Source: an uncultured Pedosphaera sp. (lineage in GTDB: Bacteria; Verrucomicrobiota; Verrucomicrobiia; Limisphaerales; AAA164-E04). Taken from it: a stretch of DNA of 64,000 bases. The position numbers were made by a program, and so were the translations under genes. Shown in pieces: positions 57,023-64,000 of this stretch; within the stretch, counting starts at the first letter, position 1; each line of letters opens with the position of its first letter. The notes beneath the pieces are model-generated. The model saw nothing but the letters and a program-made list of their open reading frames with translations. It was not told the origin of the DNA and searched no databases. Where the stretch lies: NCBI GenBank assembly GCA_965214825.1, contig OZ243981.1, positions 658,567 to 722,566 on the forward strand. Reading direction: 5' to 3'.

Positions 57023-57895
57023 ATGACACAGTTCGAACAATTACTGGAAGCGGCCATCGGCCAGGTCGAAAGGCTGCGTCGGCGGCAAGTGCGGTATCTT
57101 CCCCTTGACCGGGAGTTGATCAAAAGCCTCGGCCGGCCGTCACCCCGCCGCCGCTCGCCGGGAGAAATGTTCCCGAGTGCTTCGCGGAAAACCGAGACTA
57201 GTCCCGCACCGCCGGCGCCATTAGTTGCCGCGGAGCAATTCGCTGCAAAACCTTTGGCGCCTACAGAAAAAGCCACCTCAATGGCCCGCTTGCGCCAACG
57301 GGCTTTAGCCTGCGTCCAATGCGTTCACTTGGCAGAAAGCCGCCGGACCGTCGTTTTTGGAGTTGGCAATGCCAACGCGGAACTGATGTTTGTGGGCGAA
57401 GCCCCCGGAATAGATGAAGACGCCCAGGGCGAGCCTTTCGTCGGCAAAGCCGGACAACTGCTGACCCGCATCATCCAGACAATGGGGTTGAGCCGCGACA
57501 CCGTTTACATCGCCAACGTGCTCAAATGCCGCCCAAACACGCCGGGACGAAAATTCGGCAACCGCAAACCGACACCGCAAGAAATGGCCGATTGCCGTCC
57601 CTACTTGATTGAGCAAATCCGCGCCATCCAACCTAAAGTCATCGTCGCCTTAGGCGCCACGGCAGTCGAAGGGCTGATGGAACTCTCCTCCATAGCAATC
57701 ACCAAATACCGAGGCCAATTTCGAAACTTCGGCGGCATTCCCCTCATGCCCACCTACCACCCCGCCTACGTCTTGCGGAACCAAAGTCACCCCATCAAAC
57801 GGCAAATCTGGGAAGACATGCTCCAAGTAATGGCAAGCCTCAACCTACCCATCTCCGACAAACAGCGGGCCTACTTTGCCAAAGCCACAAATTAG
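57023..57895 (+). CDS. uracil-DNA glycosylase, family 4
   Basis: [73 protein letters not shown] at 57023, with a longer ORF from 56924. Confidence 0.85.
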   Translation: MTQFEQLLEAAIGQVERLRRRQVRYLPLDRELIKSLGRPSPRRRSPGEMFPSASRKTETSPAPPAPLVAAEQFAAKPLAPTEKATSMARLRQRALACVQCVHLAESRRTVVFGVGNANAELMFVGEAPGIDEDAQGEPFVGKAGQLLTRIIQTMGLSRDTVYIANVLKCRPNTPGRKFGNRKPTPQEMADCRPYLIEQIRAIQPKVIVALGATAVEGLMELSSIAITKYRGQFRNFGGIPLMPTYHPAYVLRNQSHPIKRQIWEDMLQVMASLNLPISDKQRAYFAKATN

Positions 57896-58089
57896 ATTCC
57901 CGCAACCCCACCGCTTCAACAGCCCCCATCCCCATCCAAAAAACCTCTGGCAATAAATCGCCGCAGACCAGCGCACCGGCAAAAAAAATTGCCAACCCTC
58001 TTGACACAGGTGGCAGCTTGTGGTCTGCCCGCCCTTAAAACAGTCCATTAGGGGATCTCCATTGGGTCGCCTATCGGAATAGAAAAGTC

Positions 58090-58210
58090 CGCAATAAGCA
58101 GTTACTGGCTTTTTTCGCCTTGTCCAGCATAAAGGTCGGGCAGACATTCTTGTCTGCCCGCAGGCTGAAAGCCTGCGCTACTCCCGCTAAGCCTATAAAT
58201 GCTTATTGCG
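58090..58210. mobile_element. 121-bp MITE with IS1595-type IRs and an 8-bp target-site duplication
   Basis: CGCAATAAGCAGTTACTGGCTT is at 58090-58111 and AAGCCTATAAATGCTTATTGCG at 58189-58210. GAAAAGTC is at 58082-58089 and 58211-58218. The left 56 bp is the reverse complement of 51849-51904. Confidence 0.8.
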
Positions 58211-58410
58211 GAAAAGTCTGTCAGAACAGCACCGGGGAGAGATGGCAAGGAACATTACGCCGACGTCTATTCCTCTGACGGAGACTCCTACAAGGTGGCT
58301 GTAACTCTCGTTTTTCATCCTTAATCGGAGAAAAAGGCGTGGAGAATGGTTTAACTGAGGCGGCTTGGCACGGGTACTGCTCTTGCTAAGTCGCCGTTTT
58401 TGATTTATTT

Positions 58411-59352
58411 ATGGAGCGAGTCGTGAAAAAGCGAACTGGATTTACGTTAATCGAATTGTTGGTGGTGATTGCGATTATCGCTATTTTGGCCGGCCTGTTG
58501 TTGCCGGCCTTGAGCCAAGCGAAGCAATCGGCCCATCGCATTGTTTGCGTCAACCATCTCAAACAAATCGGGCTGGCCGTCCATTTCTACGGCGCGGACA
58601 ACAAAGGCTATCTGCCGTCTGTCGCGAAAGCAGATCACCGTCCAGAATGGCTGGCGATCACCCACCAGAACCGGCGGGGTTTCTTAAACACGCACTGGGA
58701 CATGCTATTGTGGGACAAGTATCTCAGCCGGGAAACGAACATCTTCAAATGTCCTTCCCAAACCAAACTGCGGTGGGCAATAGAGGAATTTCGGAAAACC
58801 GCGATGCCCTCGATCATTTACGTTCAAAATGAGTGGAGTCACAGTTACGGCCTGAATGCCGGAGGTACCAGAGTGCCGTATGGCAGTGGCCCTTTACACG
58901 CGAGTGAGATTGGCCAAAATTGGACTGGTTTGAACACGGGAAAGTTTTATCAACGTCAATCCATGCTAAACGACCGCAACTTTGTGATTCCATATAAGGA
59001 CAGCGATATTCGGGCGCCTTCAGACATGGTGGTGGTAGGAGACCGATCGGCCTATGAGGTGGATTATTTATCTAAAGGAAGAGTCGTCTTTGTCGAGAGA
59101 GGGCATAATCCGTCCGTTCGGGTTCGTCCAAATGTCTCCCAACGTTCGATTATCAGTCGGCGGCACAACGGGAAGTCGAACATGGTGTTGTTGGACGGCC
59201 ACGTGGAAGCGAAAACTTTGCGGGATTGGACGTTGCCGACGGCCGAGAAGAGGCGGCGGTGGAATTATGACAACCAGCCGCATGCAGAGCATTGGCAGCA
59301 TCGGGAGAGTCCGGACAATTGGAATCCGACCAGCATTGACGAGGGTTTTTGA
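58411..59352 (+). CDS. DUF1559 / H-X9-DG prepilin-type N-terminal cleavage-methylation protein
   Basis: [29 protein letters not shown] is the N-terminal motif. C-terminal [17 protein letters not shown] is the H-X9-DG motif. Confidence 0.85.
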   Translation: MERVVKKRTGFTLIELLVVIAIIAILAGLLLPALSQAKQSAHRIVCVNHLKQIGLAVHFYGADNKGYLPSVAKADHRPEWLAITHQNRRGFLNTHWDMLLWDKYLSRETNIFKCPSQTKLRWAIEEFRKTAMPSIIYVQNEWSHSYGLNAGGTRVPYGSGPLHASEIGQNWTGLNTGKFYQRQSMLNDRNFVIPYKDSDIRAPSDMVVVGDRSAYEVDYLSKGRVVFVERGHNPSVRVRPNVSQRSIISRRHNGKSNMVLLDGHVEAKTLRDWTLPTAEKRRRWNYDNQPHAEHWQHRESPDNWNPTSIDEGF

Positions 59353-59775
59353 AGCGGGAATCCGTTGACCTTGCCGCAGCGGGAGAACATGTGGCGGTGG
59401 AATTACGATCACCAGCCGCATGAGGAAGATTGGGACCCTGTGCCTCCGAGCGAATGGGAGCCCTATAGTTGGGAAGAAGTGGAAGCGAAGTGATTTTTGA
59501 GATCGGCTCAATCTGCGGTCTCTTGCAGCCTTTACCCGCCTTGCAGCAGATAGAGCAGACAGGATGTCTGCTCCACTGACAGAAAACACCTACCGAAGTC
59601 CTTAAAGATCTTGTGAATCTGTCACTTGTGGCCCAATTTTCCGAACGGGTTTGGCAAGAGAAAAGTTGTTAGATATGGAAGGCTCTGAAAAAGAAAAATC
59701 ATTGTAAGAAGAATTGTTTTCATTGCTTGAATTTTTTGAGGAATTGAGGTAGGTAACGTTATCGTAGATGATCGA

Positions 59776-60249
59776 ATGAAACGCAAGTGTCTCTACTTGG
59801 CCAGTCCGTACGGCTTTTCCGATCAGCAGCGGGTTGGGCCGCTTGCCGAGCTAGTCGAGGCACTCTCGAAGGTGGGGGCCGAGGTGTGGGAGCCCTTCGC
59901 TCGCAATAGCCAAATCGATCGTGCGCAGCCAGGATGGGCATACCAAATCGGGCAGGCGGATTTGCGCGACGTGCGCGATGCGGACGGGCTGTTCGCGGTG
60001 GTCAACGGCTGTCCACCAGATGAAGGTGTGATGGTCGAGCTGGGGCTGGCGATCGCCTGGGAGAAGCCGGTGTTTCTATTCCGCGACGACTTCCGCCGCT
60101 GCACCGACAGCGAAGCCTATCCACTCAACTTAATGCTGTTCACCAGCCTGCCGGAAGTGGGCTGGGAAGCGCACTGGTATCGTTCGGTGGTGGAGATCGC
60201 CGATCCGAACAAGGCGCTGGCTCGTTGGCTGTGCTCGCACCACGAGTGA
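59776..60249 (+). CDS. nucleoside 2-deoxyribosyltransferase family protein
   Basis: CLYLASPYGFS..ADLRDVRDADGLFAVVNG..DEGVMVELGLAIAWEKPVFLF is the conserved Glu context of PF05014-type proteins. Confidence 0.8.
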   Translation: MKRKCLYLASPYGFSDQQRVGPLAELVEALSKVGAEVWEPFARNSQIDRAQPGWAYQIGQADLRDVRDADGLFAVVNGCPPDEGVMVELGLAIAWEKPVFLFRDDFRRCTDSEAYPLNLMLFTSLPEVGWEAHWYRSVVEIADPNKALARWLCSHHE

Positions 60250-60472
60250 AACACCTCGTGCGGGGTGAGGTTCTCCGGCTCGGTCTATACGGAGCCTATT
60301 GCTCCATGCCTGAAGGACAGCCTGGCTTGCTGCCGTCCCTTTTCTGTTGAAGGCGCGGGAAGCAGTGGGTTGGGGCGTTTTCCGTCTTTGAGAGGGTATG
60401 CTTGGGTTGCAATTATGCGCTCGGCAAGGTAAGTTGCGTCCGAAGTTTTTGTTGGCCAAACGATTTCCTTTC

Positions 60473-61675
60473 ATGGCATCTATTGAGTTTCCTCCGTTCA
60501 GTTTGACTCGGTTGTTGCGGACGGTTTTCGGTTCGGGTTCGGGCGAGAGGGCGGTTCTTTTGATTGATTTGGAGAATCCCGGCTGCATGGCGGGTTTTGA
60601 GTTTTTGAAAGATGGACGCCTTTCGATTCAGCGGCTGGCGCACGATGTTTTTTACCGGGGGCTGCGGGAGGGGGGGCTGGAGGCGTTGGGCTGGGTTGGA
60701 GGCGATCTTTACGCTTACGGGCTGACTGGTGGGAGCAATCTGGATTTGCCAGATTGGGCGGTTGATGCCAGGGGAAAGCGCCGGAGTTTTGCTGCGGATA
60801 TTTATCCTTACTGCGACATCGTGCTTTGCATTTCGACTTATTCGGCAACGGCGCCTTTGACGGCAGCGGCCAAGCGGTACGGTTTTCGCGGGGCAACGCT
60901 TCACGGCGTGAACGAGATCATCCTCTCTTCCGGCTTGGCGGTGGATTATGATGTGGTGAGCCGGCAAACGGAGAAGCTGCGGCGGGCGTTGACGACTCCG
61001 GATTTTTTTGAGGTGGATTTTGTGGTTGGCGGGAAAGGCACCCCCGCATTCCGGCCGCTCTCCAAGCCGAAGAGCTCTGCAATCGGAGAGGCGGCGACTG
61101 ATACTTTGAAGATTGACTGTAGCCGGCAGGAAGCGCAGAAGAGCCACGGCTTATGCCGCGGCCCCGAACCAGACGTGGCAAATTTACCGGCGGGGGAAGT
61201 TTATTTTGTGCCGACCAGCGCCGAGGGAACATTCCCAATGAAATATGCCGATGGAACGATCGGAAGGATGGTGGTATCTGCCGGAAGAATCACGGAAGCA
61301 CGTTTGATTCGCGGCGATCCAAGCACGGTGGATGCGCACAATCGGAAGCTGGCGGCCGATCCTGCAACGGGAGAGTTGGGGGAGCTGGGTTTTGGAACGC
61401 AGGCGCTGCCCGTTTCCGGCCAAGACATTCAGGACGAAAAAATCCTAGGCACGATGCACGTTGCCACAGGCCGAAGCGATCATTTGGGAGGGAGCCTGAC
61501 GCCGGAACGGTTTGCCGAAGCGCAGAACGCGACTCACGATGACCTTCTCTTCTCGCCCAGCAAGACGCCGGAAATTCGCGTGGCGCAAGTCCGCATGATG
61601 CGCGATGGCCGACAAATTTCCGTGATCGAAGATTTTGAGCCGACGGAATATCTGCTGGCGGCGTTGCGGGATTGA
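60473..61675 (+). CDS. M29 (aminopeptidase T/PepS)-like protein
   Basis: LPAGEVYFVPTSAEG..GELGELGFGTQ..IQDEKILGTMHVATG..NATHDDLLF resembles the M29 C-terminal metal-site region. The N-terminal half is not recognised. Confidence 0.5.
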   Translation: MASIEFPPFSLTRLLRTVFGSGSGERAVLLIDLENPGCMAGFEFLKDGRLSIQRLAHDVFYRGLREGGLEALGWVGGDLYAYGLTGGSNLDLPDWAVDARGKRRSFAADIYPYCDIVLCISTYSATAPLTAAAKRYGFRGATLHGVNEIILSSGLAVDYDVVSRQTEKLRRALTTPDFFEVDFVVGGKGTPAFRPLSKPKSSAIGEAATDTLKIDCSRQEAQKSHGLCRGPEPDVANLPAGEVYFVPTSAEGTFPMKYADGTIGRMVVSAGRITEARLIRGDPSTVDAHNRKLAADPATGELGELGFGTQALPVSGQDIQDEKILGTMHVATGRSDHLGGSLTPERFAEAQNATHDDLLFSPSKTPEIRVAQVRMMRDGRQISVIEDFEPTEYLLAALRD

Positions 61676-61717
61676 CAACCTGCGCGGCTTGCCAAAACGC
61701 CGCAAGAGTCCGAAACC

Positions 61718-62479
61718 ATGTCCACTTTTTACGAAACCGACCGCGCCGTCAGCGAGTATCTGCTGTTCCACTACGGGACGCCGGAGGAGACTTTGCCTTA
61801 CGGCGGCGGACCGGCGGCGGCCTTGAATTATCCGGCGCGTTGCGTCTCTTGCTTTTCGGAAACCATCGCTTATTCTGCAGGGATGCGGGCGTTGGATTTG
61901 GGGTGCGCAGTGGGGCGGGCGACCTTCGAGCTGGCTCGTTACTGCGGGGAAGCCGTCGGCGTGGATTGTTCGGAGCGGTTCATTGATTGCGCTAGCTGGC
62001 TTCGCGCCGAAGGAAAAGTTGTTTATCGCCGTTTAGAGCAAGGGGAGTTGACTCAAGCGGCTGTGGCCAGAGTCCCTGCGGAAATCGACCGCTGCCGCGT
62101 CCGCTTTGAACAGGGCAACGCGATGTTTCCCCGCGAAGGCCTGGGGACTTTCGATGTGGTTTTGCTGGCAAACTTGCTGGATCGATTAGTGGAGCCTGCC
62201 CGTTGTCTGGAGGCGTTGGCCGGGCTAGTGAAACCGGGCGGATTTGCCGTCATCACCTCGCCCTACACCTGGCTGGAAGAATTCACGCCGCGGGAACATT
62301 GGTTGGGCGCCAAGATGACCTCGGCCGGCGAGACGACGACTTTTGACGCCTTGCGCCAACGGTTGCGCCCGAACTTTGAACTGCGGCAAACCGCCGACCT
62401 CCCCTTCCTGCTTCGGGAACACGCGCGAAAGTACCAATGGAGCGTGGCGCAAGGCACCCTTTGGTTGCGGCGGGAATGA
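61718..62479 (+). CDS. SAM-dependent methyltransferase, OvoA C-terminal-like (putative 4-mercaptohistidine N1-methyltransferase family)
   Basis: YETDRAVSEYLLFHYG..ALDLGCAVGRATFELAR..VLLANLLDRL..VITSPYTWLEEFTPREHWLG matches my recollection of the TIGR04345-type domain. Confidence 0.65.
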   Translation: MSTFYETDRAVSEYLLFHYGTPEETLPYGGGPAAALNYPARCVSCFSETIAYSAGMRALDLGCAVGRATFELARYCGEAVGVDCSERFIDCASWLRAEGKVVYRRLEQGELTQAAVARVPAEIDRCRVRFEQGNAMFPREGLGTFDVVLLANLLDRLVEPARCLEALAGLVKPGGFAVITSPYTWLEEFTPREHWLGAKMTSAGETTTFDALRQRLRPNFELRQTADLPFLLREHARKYQWSVAQGTLWLRRE

Positions 62480-62530
62480 ACCCCTCAGCCAAACAACCGT
62501 TCGCCGCCGCATCAAAAGCAGCAAAACCCG

Positions 62531-62681
62531 CGGAATAAGTAGCTATGGGCTACATTGACGCTCCAGCAGGCAATCCTGCTTTTTCCACGTCCAGTAACCC
62601 CATTCCCCTAGCCAAAATATTTAACACAGTCTGTTCCGTTGCCAAGCATTTTGCAATCAAAGCCCGTAAATACTTATTGCG
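62531..62681. mobile_element. 151-bp MITE with IS1595-type IRs (left one degenerate) and an 8-bp target-site duplication
   Basis: CGGAATAAGTAGCTATGGGCTA is at 62531-62552 and AAGCCCGTAAATACTTATTGCG at 62660-62681. AAAACCCG is at 62523-62530 and 62682-62689. Confidence 0.75.
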
Positions 62682-62729
62682 AAAACCCGGCTTGCCAAAA
62701 CGCCCCTCGGAAAGCTAATCTCGGCAGCT

Positions 62730-64000
62730 ATGAAAATGCTCCGAACATTGCCAGAACATATCGACTCCGGCCGCCGCTTTCCCCGGCTTCTGACCTTTTC
62801 CTTGTCCGGCCTTCTCCTCCTGGCGCCGAAAGGCTCCCTGTCAGGAGAAGCGCTCCCCAATGTGCGCTTGGAAAATTTCGCCGAAGGATTCACCTCCCCC
62901 GTTGCGATGGTTCCGTTTCCCGACGGCAAGGGAAGCTTTTTGGTGGCGGACCAAGTGGGGATTATCTCGGTCGTCTCCAAATCCGGCCTCTTGAAAGGAC
63001 AGCCCTTTCTGACGCTTTCTGATCGGATGGCCAAGTTGAACCAAGGCTTCGACGAGCGAGGGCTGTTGGGACTGGCATTGCATCCGAACTTTGAAAAGAA
63101 CGGCAAAGTGTTCGTTTATTACAGCGTCCCCTTGAGTTCGCAAGCCGCCGCCGATTGGGACCACACCTCGAGAATTTCCGAATTCACGGTAAGAGCCGAC
63201 GATCCCCAACGGGCAGACCCGGCATCGGAGCGCGTGCTTCTTGAATTCGATCAACCCTACTTCAACCACAACGGCGGCTGCATCGTCTTCGGCCCAGATC
63301 GCTACCTTTATATCGCCACGGGTGACGGCGGAAACGCCAACGGAGTCGGACGCGGCCATTCCGCAATCGGAAACAGCCAAGACCTCGCCAACCTGTTGGG
63401 CAAGATCCTCCGCATCGACATCAACAGCGGCGCCCCCTACGCCATCCCCAAAGACAACCCCTTCTCCGGCGAAGGAGTCCGTCCGGAAATCTACGCATTG
63501 GGACTGAGAAACCCTTGGCGAATTGCCTTCGACCGCAGCGGGAACCAAAACCTCATCGCCGCCGACATCGGCCAAACACTCTATGAAGAAATCAACATCA
63601 TCAAAAAAGGAGGCAACTACGGATGGAACCTTCGAGAAGGCCACCATTGTTTCGACCCCGAAAAACCGAACGTGTCGCCGGAAAACTGCGCGGAACAAGA
63701 CCTCCGAGGGAATCCTCTAATCGGCCCCGTCCTCGAATATAAGAATGCCAACGGCTTCCGCAGAGACCCGGACGCCAAAGGCATTAGCATCACCGGCGGC
63801 TACATCTATCGAGGCAAAGCCATTCCCTCTCTGCAAGGCTTGTATATTTTTGCCGACTGGACAGTGAATTGGGCCACCCCAACGGGAGCGCTATACTATG
63901 CAAAACCGGCTGCCGACGGCGCCTCCTGGAGCATGGGGTCGCTTCCTTTGCAAAACAGTGCCGCCGGAAAAATTCGATCTTATATCACAGCCTTCGGTGA
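62730..64000 (+). CDS. PQQ-dependent sugar (glucose/sorbosone) dehydrogenase family protein, 3' end cut by window edge
   Basis: Translated by hand, since it is not in the ORF track (no stop in the window). MKMLRTLPE..signal..GFTSPVAMVPFPDG..FDERGLLGLALHPNF..YFNHNGGCIVFGPDRYLYIATGDGG..ALGLRNPWRIAFD..GGNYGW. The 285-aa minus-strand ORF 62841..63698 is its shadow. Confidence 0.8.
   Translation, partial: MKMLRTLPEHIDSGRRFPRLLTFSLSGLLLLAPKGSLSGEALPNVRLENFAEGFTSPVAMVPFPDGKGSFLVADQVGIISVVSKSGLLKGQPFLTLSDRMAKLNQGFDERGLLGLALHPNFEKNGKVFVYYSVPLSSQAAADWDHTSRISEFTVRADDPQRADPASERVLLEFDQPYFNHNGGCIVFGPDRYLYIATGDGGNANGVGRGHSAIGNSQDLANLLGKILRIDINSGAPYAIPKDNPFSGEGVRPEIYALGLRNPWRIAFDRSGNQNLIAADIGQTLYEEINIIKKGGNYGWNLREGHHCFDPEKPNVSPENCAEQDLRGNPLIGPVLEYKNANGFRRDPDAKGISITGGYIYRGKAIPSLQGLYIFADWTVNWATPTGALYYAKPAADGASWSMGSLPLQNSAAGKIRSYITAFG

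Overview
64-kb window from a GC-rich genome that looks like the PVC superphylum, most likely Verrucomicrobiota. The basis is the family content: a DUF1553/DUF1501 pair, DUF1559 (H-X9-DG) prepilin-like proteins, DUF1080, ThuA, a TIGR02604-like dehydrogenase with HEAT repeats, PEP-CTERM/exosortase, a HIS6-type hisA and a eukaryote-type UDP-glucose dehydrogenase. Housekeeping genes are trpD, a Sua5/TsaC-type gene, apbE, thiD, a cysteine desulfurase, dnaN, ndk, hisA, recA, one tRNA-Leu(CAA), an RND efflux pair and an ECF sigma module. The main result is a mobile-element network read directly from the sequence. One terminal inverted repeat type (CGCAATAA-N-ATTTA-N-GGCTT) ends five elements that each have a perfect 8-bp target-site duplication. 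These are an intact 997-bp IS1595-family element, two short MITEs (121 and 151 bp), and two transposase-less units of 5.3 and 5.8 kb. The only cargo of each large unit is a giant modular leucine-rich-repeat (LRR) secreted-protein gene: one intact at 1830 aa, one broken by two frameshifts. The two LRR units are paralogous and inverted, about 36 kb apart. A second IS1595 copy is frameshifted, lacks a duplication and lies next to tRNA-Leu at the edge of an AT-rich polysaccharide/exosortase island (about 18.9-31.7 kb). In that island the exosortase, EpsI, the priming sugar transferase and an O-antigen-ligase-like gene are all disrupted. A PEP-CTERM substrate gene elsewhere is also broken. At least eight genes in the window are disrupted, so real decay must be separated from assembly indel error. 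No CRISPR array, rRNA, integrase or reverse transcriptase was seen. Start codons were chosen by eye and are approximate. Many long antisense shadow ORFs were ignored.
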